Source of the DNA: Octopus bimaculoides
Lineage: Eukaryota
Direction of reading: 5' to 3'
DNA: 64,000 bases
Assembly: GCF_001194135.2 (NCBI RefSeq)
Contig: NC_068986.1
Coordinates: 86,015,421 to 86,079,420, forward strand
A model generated the notes under the pieces. That model was not told the origin of the DNA and did no database searches. It worked only from the letters and a program-made list of their open reading frames with translations. Below are positions 51,065 to 64,000 of this stretch, in pieces; the first letter of the stretch is position 1; the number at the start of each line of letters is the position of its first letter. The position numbers and the translations under genes are program-made.

Positions 51065-54000
51065 GTACATGTGCATATATACACACGAACATTATATGTA
51101 TGCATAGATATTCGTCTATACTTGCATGCGTATATATACAGAATAATACACATTGTGAGGTTTATTTCAGCGTTAATTGGCAGTTTTAAAGATCAATTTC
51201 AGCGCATAATTGTACCCATGAATACATGAATATATATGTATGTATGCATGTATGTATATTTATGTATATGCATTTGTGTATGGATGTAAATGCATACATA
51301 TTACATACACACACATATGTATTTGTATGAAATACGCATACAATATATCTATTATTATATGTAATAAAAAATAAAGAACTCAAAAGTTTGCATTAATTCA
51401 ACAAAAGTCAAATGCAAATTGAAACAATCACAAATCAGATAAAATTTACATAAAATAAAATATGCACAACCTTTGAGAAAATACAAGCGCATTATTAAAC
51501 GAGTTAAATAAATAATACGTTATGTCCATTTGAGTTTCTGCAGCAATTATAAACAGTATGGTATAAAAAATTGCTGGAATATTAACAATATATAAAATAA
51601 ATATATGTCTCTTAATCACTTGTGTCAGAAATGGAGCCCGAATTTCTTTAGGTATCCAATCGGGGATGTATATAAACATACGATAGGCTTATTGTACTAT
51701 TAGTTTGATCCAGCAATCGTTCGTCCTCCAGTACCATGGTTACGATGTCAGGGAATTCAAGAAAATGAAACGAGGAATAATAACCTGGAAGTTATTTAAG
51801 AAGCATTTTAAGAGAAAAGTTAACTATTATACTCACAGAATGTTGTCATATCCCCTTAACCCGTGTAATGAAGAATAGTTTTAATGATGAATATTAATAT
51901 TTAACAAAACTATATACTATAGAAATGACAAAATGGGAAAACATAAATTTCGTTAAACTCTGTACCATATCCGGCGATGCGTCCATTTCTATAAGAGGAT
52001 ATCATGACGATGCCTGCAATTTTTAAAACTCTCTGGCTTCGGGTTGATAATTTTGGTACGATCAAATAAGGATGTATTGTTTCAGCTATAGAGAGCTGGT
52101 GCAATTTTGACCTGTTAATGTATATTATTTAAATGAGTTTATTTGGCATACCTCTTTTTGAAGTCACTTTCACACAACTCACTATATTTATTCGTTAGAT
52201 TCCCTTATATAGCGTAACAGAGGTGACCTTCACTTCGACTGAGCTAGCGGTCCATGCTTGAACTAGAGGACAAGTATCTGGATTCTTACTGTTGCTGTCG
52301 GAGTCGATAATCCCGGTAGGTTTACGTGAAATAATGTTTTATATATTAGCTAAGCATCTATAGGACACTTTCACGAAACATCTACTGAACATTTTCTTAT
52401 ATATGGCTACCGGATATATATTTGTCTATCAGGGCTATTAGGTATTTAACTACATTATTGCAAATTTTTAAGGAAAAAGAAATGGTTGGGCAACCCTATA
52501 GCTTGTTTTTAGGCTTGGATCATGTTTGAGTCGGAATATGTGATATTCTCTCTTTAAAGCCACTGTCATCCAGGGTACTATTGTACTAGAGGTCTGCCTT
52601 ATCACAAATTTCTTTACATGACATAGATCCTTTTAGCAAAAGACGCCTCCCATACTTCATTAAACACACAGTTTAATGTAGTTTAACACTCCATTCGTTC
52701 GGCAACCCCCTCTAGGGAAATATATTCTAGAGTTTCTGTGAACAGAATTATTCCTATTTCCTTTAAAACTTTTCTTCACCTATTTTTCATGTTTTTCTCT
52801 CCTTTCCTTTCTCAATCGTCATATTATCTGAATCTGAAGGATTGCCGTATCATTGTCTGTACGCCAGATGATATCCTTTTCTTACTGCAGTATTCAGCAT
52901 GCAATTCAAAGTAGTTGTCTTATAACGCATGTATTCATCAAATGATAAACTATTTCTCAATAAGATCTCGCTGGGTTGAGTACTTTCGTCTGCTGATCCC
53001 AATCAACGAGTTGACAGTGAACATATATATATNNNNNNNNNNNNNNNNNNNNNNNNNNNNNNNNNNNNNNNNNNNNNNNNNNNNNNNNNNNNNNNNNNNN
53101 NNNNNNNNNNNNNNNNNNNNNNNNNNNNNNTGTGTGTGTGTGTGTGTGTGTGTTTACAGAATAGCTTAGCTAAGTTTCTGTAGTGAAAGGTAATGAATAT
53201 AGTTGCTTCTACACAAACATCACATGTAATATGCTGCTTCATTTTCAAATTTAAACCCTACTTTAGACAGCTGGTACCATTTCTAAGATTTTATGTTTCT
53301 TTTCCCTGCCATACAAGGACTATTCTTGCTACCATGTTCGTATTCCATTTTACTATCTCATCACCTGCTTAGCTTCGTGCTTTAAAATAATTGTATTTAT
53401 TTGTTACGTTTGTCTACCTAACAGTTCTGTTTCGATACCATCTATTTTATATTGTTTGAGTTGTTTCAATAGCAAAATATAGTTACTTTCCATTTATGTT
53501 TCTACAAAATATTGTAGATTCAAATATAAATTAGAAGCAGCACTAGTATTCTAAACATTATCGAATACGCATATCTAGTATACGTGCCCTGCTTCTTCGT
53601 CGTTTGGCTGCCTATAGCGCATTGGAGATAACTCCCTCAAAGCGCTGAGAGATAAAATAACAAACGAGACAACTTGCCCTAAATCCCATCAAGAAGCGGT
53701 GGATATCAATGTTTCGTCATATTTGTGGCTTATGAACATCACCTGCCCAGATCGAACTGGAGGCTAACTAGAATTACTAGTATATAAAATAATTCTGGCG
53801 AATTCTGGATATTATCTTATCGATGTCGTTCAGTAAGTATGGTGATACTTAATTACCTCCATTGTAGTTATATATCATAACTTTTCATGTCTTCCTGTGC
53901 AGTCTTCTCGTTACACTATCTTATAACTTTAACATATTGCTATAACAGTTTTGATGATTTTTTATTTTATTGCTGCGGCTGTCATCGTCATAGTTTTGCA

Positions 54001-54539
54001 TTTAGCTGAGTTTTAAGTATTCATCTGAGTTTATAATATTCATTTACATTATTTCAACTCAGTTCTTATTCCATTTTAATTCCTTCATTTCTGAACTGAA
54101 ACATTGAACTTTGCTGAAAGAAATTAGAATTTTCATAACTATTTTACAATTTTACAATTTAACATGTCTCTTGCTTTAAGTTTTCTTTGAAGTGGTGCAC
54201 TTCTCTTCTACTTATGCCAATTTTCTGTAGTATTTGTGCCGTTACATCTTTAAATATATGTTCTTTTCTTTTCATTCGCTTCCATGTAGATTCAAACACA
54301 TTTCTTTATTGTTGTATTTTCTTTAACATATTTCGGTGTACGCAGCGTTTCTATGTTATTCGCTTTGGTGCAGGTATTTCTATATTACTAGTTCTGATGA
54401 AGTTTTCACTTTACCTTGTAAGTAGTACAGCTGCATTGTTAAACATTTCGTTCATAGAATTGATTTCAAATCACACACCTCTGTTCTTTAAAATTTCGAC
54501 GAAAAAAGCTTAGCTTGATTAGTTGCAGTTTGCTGCAGT

Positions 54540-55440
<901 letters not shown>

Positions 55441-55530
55441 TTATAAGCGTTTACAGAACGAGTTTTCCCGGGCTCGTGCCATGCAGCATTCGGGAAGAGT
55501 GCTGTTGACTGATAATGGCTACAGATTTCT

Positions 55531-55560
55531 TATAAACAGGAAGTCATGTGGTCAAAGTGA
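55531..55560 (+). promoter_or_regulatory. Candidate regulatory module: FOX:ETS composite + M-box-like E-box + nuclear-receptor half-site
   Basis: TAAACAGGAAGT (55533-44), GTCATGTGG and GGTCAAAGT are contiguous. Confidence 0.3.
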
Positions 55561-55759
55561 AAATTTAGGTGAGCCGATCTGAAATCTCTTCTAAGGGGAC
55601 AGGTGAGAAGATAATGTTCTTTAATATCGTACTTTAAATCTCATAAGTTATATATCATGTGTGACCTTCGCCATTCACAGTCAGCGGCAGGTGTAAAGCG
55701 TAGTAAGGTTTCCGGATAATTGATTGTGCGATAGATTTCTGTTTTGTCTTTGGTAGTTA

Positions 55760-55782
55760 ATGACGATGATGACTATGAGGAA

Positions 55783-55857
<75 letters not shown>

Positions 55858-55935
55858 CACAATGGTAGTGGTAATCGTGGTGGTGGTGATGTTGAGGATG
55901 ATGACGATGATGATGTTGATGATGACGACGTCGAT
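55760..55935. repeat. (GAT)n microsatellite
   Basis: Direct reading. Confidence 0.95.
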
Positions 55936-56381
55936 GAATTCGTAATATCGTTATAGACATTATGTTTGAGGTTCCTCGTTAGATTGACAACATTTAATAC
56001 GCACACACACATACACAAACACGCACACACACATACACACACACGCGTACACACACACACACAAATGCATATGCGTTTACACGCACACACAAATATACAT
56101 ATGTGTACCTTATCGCTGTGTTTGCATTTTTACTAAAATTGTTGAGTACGGTGTAACGTTTATGTACGATTATCTATACTTAGCCGTAACAAACTTGGAT
56201 TCATATTTACAAAAGCTGTATGAAATATATGCTTTATGTGTTCGTGCGTGTGTGCATCTACATGCGTATGAGTTGCTTCTCCAACATACTGAAAATTTAG
56301 AAATAGCAGTCAAAGAACTACTGATTCCAAACTACAATTTTCTTCTGTGTGTGTCATAAATATCGCCATCCGTTTAGAGAT

Positions 56382-57066
56382 TATGAATGGTTTTACCGAT
56401 AAAGGTTTTTTCATACTGAACTACTTGGCAAAATTGTTAATTATTAATTCTATTACTAATTGACGATTCCCTGCCCTTATTTCTGTATATTTTATATTTG
56501 ATGCCTCTAAGTTGGATGGTTAAACCGTAATCCCATCATACGGGACTTTTTTTCATACGGGACTATTTGTGACGCACATGGAATAGATTCCCTTAGGGTG
56601 AGGTGTTTGAACTCACTANNNNNNNNNNNNNNNNNNNNNNNNNNNNNNNNNNNNNNNNNNNNNNNNNNNNNNNNNNNNNNNNNNNNNNNNNNNNNNNNNN
56701 NNNNNNNNNNNNNNNNNNNNNNNNNNNNNNNNNNNNNNNNNNNNNNNNNNNNNNNNNNNNNNNNNNNNNNNNNNNNNNNNNNNNNNNNNNNNNNNNNNNN
56801 NNNNNNNNNNNNNNNNNNNNNNNNNNNNNNNNNNNNNNNNNNNNNNNNNNNNNNNNNNNNNNNNNNNNNNNNNNNNNNNNNNNNNNNNNNNNNNNNNNNN
56901 NNNNNNNNNNNNNNNNNNNNNNNNNNNNNNNNNNNNNNNNNNNNNNNNNNNNNNNNNNNNNNNNNTATGAATGGTTTTACCGATAAAGGTTTTTTCATAC
57001 TGAACTACTTGGCAAAATTGTTAATTATTAATTCTATTACTAATTGACGATTCCCTGCCCTTATTT
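56382..57066 (+). repeat. Identical 101-bp duplication on either side of a gap
   Basis: 56382-56482 is identical to 56966-57066. Confidence 0.9.
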
Positions 57067-57075
57067 GTGTGTGTG

Positions 57076-57106
<31 letters not shown>

Positions 57107-57200
57107 TTATATGTATATATATGTATATATATATGTGTATTTATATATGTATATATATATGTATATCTATATATATATATGTGTGTGTGTGTTATATATA

Positions 57201-57470
57201 GCCTTGTGAGTGGTTTTGGTAGACAGAAACTGAAAGAAGCCCGTCATACATATATGTGTTTGTGTGTGTATTTGTGTATCTCTGTTTGTCCCCCGCCATA
57301 GCTGACAACCGATGCTAGTGTATTTACTTCCCCGTAACCTAGCAGTTCAGCAAAAGAGACCGATGAAATAAGTAATAGGCTTAAAAGAATAAGTTCTGGG
57401 GTCTATCTGTTCGACTAAAGGCCGTGCTCCAGCATGTCCGCGCTCAAATGACTGAAACAAAAAAAAATGA
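57201..57470 (+). mobile_element. SINE family A, 5'-truncated
   Basis: CCTTGTGAGTGG...GAAACTGAAAGAAGCCCGTC...GCTCCAGCATG. Confidence 0.85.
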
Positions 57471-57579
57471 GTGGAAGAATATATATATACATATACACGC
57501 AAACACACACTCAGACACACCACACAATATTTCTTCAGGATATGCGGTATTTCTTTCTGTTTTTGGAACCTATAACATA

Positions 57580-57810
57580 TATGCTGTCGAATAGTTAGTT
57601 CCTCGATGATTCTGCTCTGATGAAATAATGCTTGCTGACATGCGCAAAAAATGGGATTGAGTTGGCAAGAAGGTATTATTGTGACTGACAAAGAAGGCAA
57701 AACTGTCAGGGCATCACACTGCCATCAGTGAGTAGTAACGTTTTCTAAACTGTGCAAGGACACATGCTATGCACTCAAGCCTATTTATTTGGACCGAGTG
57801 ACCTAGCAAG
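57580..57810 (+). mobile_element. Possible degenerate RTE-type RT fragment
   Basis: FLDDSALM (resembling FADD), CAKMGLS and VVTFSKL occur in the expected order across frameshifts. Confidence 0.25.
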
Positions 57811-58211
57811 CGAGCGGGAAACAAAGGGAGAGAGAGTGAAAGAAAGTGAGAATTAGAAAGAGATAGACAGACAGAGGAAGAATGAGAAAGAGAGAGAGGA
57901 TAAGTATGGAGGCAGACAAATATAATCAGAGGAAGTCTAATAGAAACTGTAGGAGAGAGAAGGGGAACTAACCACATTTCTGTAATTTTATTTAACTAAC
58001 CAGTTGGTGGTAAACTTAAGCTGAGAGGTATTTGAACTTAAAGCGCAAAGCTCGAAAGTCTCCGAACTTCTAACAATTTACATCATTGCTCTGTCCGAAA
58101 AACAACTACATATACATACATACACATGAACATTCATGCACATGTATACATATGCGGCGAAATTGGTAGACTATATGAATAATTTATATTGTGAAATATA
58201 TAAAATATATA

Positions 58212-58268
58212 TGGTGCTCCAGCATGGCCGCAGTCAAATGACTGAAACAAGTAAAAGAGTATAAAAGA
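58212..58268 (+). mobile_element. SINE family A, 3' terminal fragment
   Basis: GGTGCTCCAGCATGGCCGCAGTCAAATGACTGAAACAAGTAAAAGAG. Confidence 0.85.
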
Positions 58269-58666
58269 GTATATGTATATATAATAGAATATATATATGT
58301 ATATATATATAAATATATATTTATATATATATATATATATANNNNNNNNNNNNNNNNNNNNNNNNNNNNNNNNNNNNNNNNNNNNNNNNNNNNNNNNNNN
58401 NNNNNNNNNNNNNNNNNNNNNNNNNNNNNNNNNNNNNNNNNNNNNNNNNNNNNNNNNNNNNNNNNNNNNNNNNNNNNNNNNNNNNNNNNNNNNNNNNNNN
58501 NNNNNNNNNNNNNNNNNNNNNNNNNNNNNNNNNNNNNNNNNNNNNNNNNNNNNNNNNNNNNNNNNNNNNNNNNNNNNNNNNNNNNNNNNNNNNNNNNNNN
58601 NNNNNNNNNNNNNNNNNNNNNNNNNNNNNNNNNNNNNNNNNNNNNNNNNNNNNNNNNNNNNNNNNN

Positions 58667-58711
<45 letters not shown>

Positions 58712-58929
58712 AGAGAGAGAGAGAGAGAGACAGACAGAAAGAGTGGATGAGAAAGAAACAGAATGACAGACATGTGCTGATTAAGAAATAAGGTTCCATT
58801 CGGTAATTCATGTATTTGAATCTTGTTCGTATATGAGAACCTTATTATTATTATGAACGCAGAGCAACGTCATTTTACATCTTCTTCCTCTATATTACAG
58901 TAACACAATACAAAGTTCACAAATCATAC

Positions 58930-59119
58930 TTCACTCGTAGTTGTAAATGATATTGTCGTTATTACGTGTCCACAGTGTAGAAGTTCTATGGCTTTATGAT
59001 AATGGCAGCAGGTCATCATAAATATGGCAGTCGTGCGCAACAATAGCTGTTCACAGCACAAGACAATTGTGGACGTCAACCTAACTACTTGATGGCAATT
59101 GAGTTTCTGATATGGATTT
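58930..59119 (-). other. Candidate 190-nt exon
   Basis: Bounded by TTTGTTTTCTAATATTCAG| and |GTATGA. One frame is fully open (63 codons); no recognised homology. Confidence 0.2.
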
Positions 59120-59362
59120 CTGAATATTAGAAAACAAATCAAAATTTTCATTATAAGATAATATACGTATATACATCCACGTAACCAGTCATATACGCAC
59201 GCGCGCGTGTATGTTTGTGTGTGTATGTGTATGCATTATGTTTGTAGATAAATGCAGTGAGAGAGCGATAGAGATATATAAATAGATATATGCATAAGCG
59301 CATACATACATGAATGCATAGATACACACATGCGCGCATGCGCACACACACGCAAACACGTA

Positions 59363-59498
59363 GACGACGGGCTTCTCTTACAAGTCTTTGGTCGGCCCGA
59401 GGTTATAGAAGACACAAGCCCAAGATGCCATGCAGTGGGACTGAACTCGGGACCATGTGGTTGGGAAGCAAGTTCCTTACCACACAGCCACGCCTGCA

Positions 59499-59501
<3 letters not shown>
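59363..59501 (-). mobile_element. SINE family A, 5' half
   Basis: GCAGTGGGACTGAAC...TACCACACAGCCAC. Confidence 0.85.
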
Positions 59502-59529
<28 letters not shown>

Positions 59530-59834
59530 NNNNNNNNNNNNNNNNNNNNNNNNNNNNNNNNNNNNNNNNNNNNNNNNNNNNNNNNNNNNNNNNNNNNNNN
59601 NNNNNNNNNNNNNNNNNNNNNNNNNNNNNNNNNNNNNNNNNNNNNNNNNNNNNNNNNNNNNNNNNNNNNNNNNNNNNNNNNNNNNNNNNNNNNNNNNNNN
59701 NNNNNNNNNNNNNNNNNNNNNNNNNNNNNNNNNNNNNNTATATATACATATGTATGTATATATATATACATACATATATATATATATATGTATATATATA
59801 TATGTATGTATATATATATATACATACATATGTA

Positions 59835-59870
<36 letters not shown>

Positions 59871-60139
59871 CATACATATATACATATATAGATAAATATA
59901 TATATATATGTGTGTGTGTATGCACATGCGTATACACATCCACACGCAAATATACACACGTATCAACACTCACACACACACATGCACGCACACACATATA
60001 CATCATGTAACACGCATACATGAATACATAATATTGATATACATTTACAATCCACTGAGAATAATAAAAGAAAGAAATAGATAAACCATATAATAAATCC
60101 GATGGTAAGTCAAATTATGACTTTTTCTTTTTGGCTTCA

Positions 60140-60330
60140 AGGGTCGAAAACTTTGGTAAAATTACATAGACGAAATGACACTCGGTCCAGCGGCAGAGCC
60201 ACAATTGGATGGATTATGCTCTCCAGTTTTTCCTGTATGAATGCCGTTCACACTTGCTGCAAGAAATATACTAATTCTATCAATTCCTTGCTCTATAATG
60301 TACACAATGGCGTACATGACAAAGATTATC
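60140..60330 (-). mobile_element. Possible very degenerate RT fragment (CR1/RTE-like)
   Basis: Frameshifted RISIFLAAS, QEKLESIIHP-SNCG and NFTKVFD resemble the RPISLL / Q-GFR / DFxKAFD motifs. Confidence 0.3.
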
Positions 60331-60559
60331 CATATATCTGACATCATGAAATGGAGTTGAACTGGAATAAGTAAGTGCTCCCTCCTGTATTTGTTTAAGT
60401 GGAAAACCCCTCAACGCCTCCTTTCAGTGTATGAAAGGCTTTAGCTACAAAATATAAATAGAATACCTACAGGAATTCAGATTCACATTGCTAAGTGGTT
60501 CCTGTCTGTGAGCTTTTTTTTTGCACTTTATAGTAATTCAGACTCCGTAGATGGATATG

Positions 60560-61520
60560 AAACTGACGGCTCTTTGAAGGTCATCAGTGCATCACCGAGA
60601 CCACATCTAGATACAACTTGCTCTATGATGTATCACAGAAGATTTTCAAGAACAGCCTGTTCCTGGTTGAGATTAGCCACCAACTCGTCACCCCTTCCTA
60701 GTACCTGTTCAGCTGAAGGTTTGTTCCAAATTGAACCCAAGTAATTGAATCGGTCTTTCTGTTTGTCTAGCACTACACAACACTTTTGGAAGGCATGCTC
60801 CAGCCTCTCCAGATGTGAAGCAGGCCCAACTAATCCCTTGTTAATATTTATTTCTCTCTCCGCCTCTTATTACCTTGGTTCTATGTTGATCACTTATGTG
60901 TGTTTGGAGTCCAACACTATAGTGGTGACGTTATTTGTATATGCAAATGTAGATCTTTTGCATTCAAGTTCTCGTTGATACTCGTCAAAACTCCAGTTTC
61001 TGCAGTAATAGGTCTACAACCAGTACAAAAAAGAACAGGTGAGAGGTGTCACATTTGCTGGATTGAACGTAGGATATCGAAAGGCCTGACTGCTGACCAT
61101 ATCACTATGACCACTGAGTAAACGTCGCTGAGTAGTGCAGTGACCCATGTTCTTAAAACGGGCCGGAAATGACTTGCCTTGAGAACCGCCGCCAAATATT
61201 GCAGGCCGAAACTCCTGAAAGCATTCTGATCTAAATTTGGCAGGGTCCTGTCCATGCTAGTTTCTATACTTGCCGTTTCTGTTCTGTATCTTGTGAAATG
61301 GAGGTTGACATAGATGGACCTCTTTCAGATGGCACACATTTGCACATTACCAACCAGACCATCCTTTAAAACCGCCAACCTCTTGCTTAATCCCTTGCCA
61401 TAATCTTGATCTCTGCATTTAGAATGATTACGGGCTCAAAATGATCAAATTCGTACCCTTTTTGGTATCTTCTTATCACGGCATCTTACTCCATCACAGT
61501 TTCCAGGAATGGAAACTCAC
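60560..61520 (-). mobile_element. Decayed Tx1/L1-clade LINE reverse transcriptase
   Basis: Minus-strand EPVIILNAEIKIMA..LSKRLA, LPNLDQNAF, YLAAVLKASHFRPV, RPFDILRSIQQ..LSP, and FAYTNNVTTIVLDSKH (degenerate YADD). Confidence 0.8.
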
Positions 61521-63467
61521 GTTGCAGTACGAATTTTCCAAGCCAGAATTTACCTAGCTAATCTGACAAAACTGATATATATACAAAGATGAAAACTAAA
61601 GAAAAGAGTTTTACGGCATTCTTTTGACTATATAACCGCTGAGCTCTCCAGTTATGAAATGGTTGAAAGTTATCAACTGTGGCGGAGAGTATTACATTTA
61701 TTACATTTATAAAAGAGAGTATTACATTAATAAAAGGACGTAACGTTAGATGTTAGCAGTGATATCACTTTTAGGGGGTAGGTTTATATATTAGGAAGAG
61801 AATAAATATAATTAGTGTAAGTCATTATTAGATATAGTCCAAAGATCACAAACGCGTATAATTGTAAAGTATAAAGTTAGAGATAGCTATGAATAAAGTT
61901 AGAGAAATCAGAGGGCCGACAAAAGGTCACAACAAAACAGGTAATCAAGAAGTGGGAGGCTTAGACAAAATATGTAGATTGATATGAACGATCGATATGA
62001 AGAACCTTTACGAACTTCGTTAATTTATAATAAATATTATCAAAATCACACTTAAATGACAATAAGCTCAGGTAATTCAAAGAAGACTATATTGAACAAT
62101 GTAGTCCTACCTATGTTGTGTGAAACGTATTGCCTAGATTTACTTACAATCACATTAGTAGGTTTTAAAATGTAATAATATACCATATCAGTATCATCAG
62201 ACTATAGAATAAAAGAGAGATAGCTATGGATGTGTGCTTTTATAATACATCTGTTCTATCAAAGATGATATGGGTTTTAACTACAGCAAAATCCCCTTGG
62301 CAAAATGAATCAGAAAAAACTGAAGCCTGTTTTTTTAAAATAATTTTTAGATGTGCGCGCGAGAAGGACTGTCATCGATGATATAAGATATCGATTAATA
62401 GTTCTTTTATCGAACCACTAAGAGTAAAATGTAATGTGAAACTCAGTTGAGATTTGAACCAAACGCATAAAATGTCATAGCTGAAAGGCGGAAGGCATAT
62501 AACAGTAACACTAAATGAATATGAATAAAATAGCTCTCCCATAAATAGCAATATCATTTTCGTCATCATAAACAATATCAACAGCAACTACAGAAGAGTA
62601 ACAAACACAGCAATATAAAGACTTATTGTTAGCGTGGTTATGACATGAACAACAATGACAATGTAATGACAATGAAGAATGAGATGGCTATCAATCAGCA
62701 GACCCATCAACAACAGCAATAACACAATGTCATAAAAAAAAAAAAAAAACAGTGAACAAAAACGAAATATTATCAAATAGCAATTTCAAAAATAACAGCA
62801 AATGAAACAAATAAAAAAAATGTTAACAGCAAAAACCAGTTGGGCAAGAAGAAGAAGAAGGAGAAAAAGATTGGTGGATAATTTTATAAAAAGTAATTAA
62901 AGCCATTCAGTCCAGATGGAATTTCTTCATTTGAAGACATTTATGATTTTTATTGTTGTTGACAGCCATGATTATAATTTTCATAAGTCTTCTCAACTCA
63001 CCCGACATGGATTATCGGAAATTAAAATAATAACAACAGCAACAGCAACAACCAGCGAGAGAGCTTCTTTAGGGTCACAACGTGTGCTAGAAATAGCTTA
63101 CACGCATCTATTATATTACACTGAAGCGTATTTAAAAAGCAGAAAATGAAATATTGGGTAGATGCAATGGTCAGGACTAACATTAGGCTAAACAATAACA
63201 AAAATAACGAAAGAACAGAGGTAATAAATAACATCGACCAAGAAAGGAAGATTCTGTGCAAGAAATAGTAGCAAATCCGTCCTCAAATCACAATGTACAT
63301 TGCTTTTCTGAATAAAAATGAGAACGAACTTAAACGAATTTGTTCGATCAAAGGTTAAACTGGATCGAAAGAAAGCAATAACGAAGATATTGTAATTAAC
63401 AAGGTTAATTATAATTATCACCATTGTTTCTTGCGTAAATACCAAATAAAAATGTTGGAGTTAGACT

Positions 63468-63630
63468 TAGTCGATTAAATCGACCCCAGTATTTCATTGG
63501 TACTTTATATCGACACCGAAACGTCGAAAGGCGAAGTTTTCCTTCGACGGTATTCGAACTCAGAAGGAACATTCTTGAGCACAATTCAAGAAAGCATTTT
63601 GCCAGCTGCTTTAATAATTCTGCCAATCCA
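63468..63630 (-). mobile_element. SINE family B, diverged
   Basis: TAAATCGACCCCAGT...TTGGTACTT...TTCGAACTCAGAA. Confidence 0.75.
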
Positions 63631-63689
63631 TCAATCTTTCACACATAATTTCGAAACACGACCGGAAATATGCGGAAACTGATTCGAAT

Positions 63690-63845
63690 CAAAGACAGGT
63701 CTTGACTGGCACATTGCTTTATTGATCTCGAAGAATGAAAGGTAGTGGTGACCTCGGTAGGATGTGAACTTAGAATGTAAAGCACCGAACGAAAGAACAG
63801 TAAGCATTTTCTCCGACGCGCTAACATTTCTAGCGCCTTGCCGTC
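63690..63845 (-). mobile_element. SINE family B, diverged
   Basis: GAATGAAAGG..GACCTCGGTAGGA..TGAACTTAGAA...TAAGCATTTTCTCCGACGCGCTAAC. Confidence 0.7.
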
Positions 63846-64000
63846 CTCAGTAATAACAACAATAACAGCAATAACAAAAAAAAAAAAAAGAAAGAAAAAT
63901 GCTGATGGTGAATTTCACAAAACTATACAAGAATAAGGAAACATATACAGAAATATATACACATCCTAAACGTGTGTTCCTGTGTGAGTGATATATATAT

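Noticed and set aside
57651-57727. MGLSWQEGIIVTDKEGKTVRAS followed by a GTGAGT donor, resembling a PAS-domain start
   Set aside because: Only about 10 residues resemble PAS, and the flanks look more like a degenerate RT (FLDDSAL).

Overview
AT-rich, microsatellite-dense animal genomic DNA with 21 assembly gaps (about 7.6 kb of N, most flanked by (TA)n). The recurring tRNA-derived SINEs and mariner derivatives match my recollection of octopus (cephalopod) repeats; this organism call is an inference. I recognise no protein-coding gene: nearly all ORFs in the supplied track are microsatellite or N artefacts, and only weak exon candidates remain. The window is most likely intergenic or part of a very large intron. 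It holds about 25 SINE copies from three families and several decayed LINEs (CR1-like, Tx1/L1-like, R4/Dong-like). DNA transposons include a near full-length mariner with its MITEs, a fold-back mariner, a DD41D-type Tc1/mariner and a 126-bp piggyBac-type MITE. The standout is a set of hammerhead ribozyme (HHR) motifs of the Penelope-like/retrozyme type. One type I HHR has an intact core (15334-15462), a palindromic helix III and an 86-nt structured loop II; it sits in a 746-bp non-coding element flanked by an identical 16-bp direct repeat. A second HHR-like motif lies at the centre of an adjacent 304-bp inverted repeat. A degenerate HHR lies in a 331-bp terminally redundant unit (38035-38389), and a variant HHR-like motif is at 42580-42614. 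Several non-repeat islands carry transcription-factor motif clusters (homeodomain, Pbx-Hox, FOX:ETS). All coordinates and identities were read by eye.
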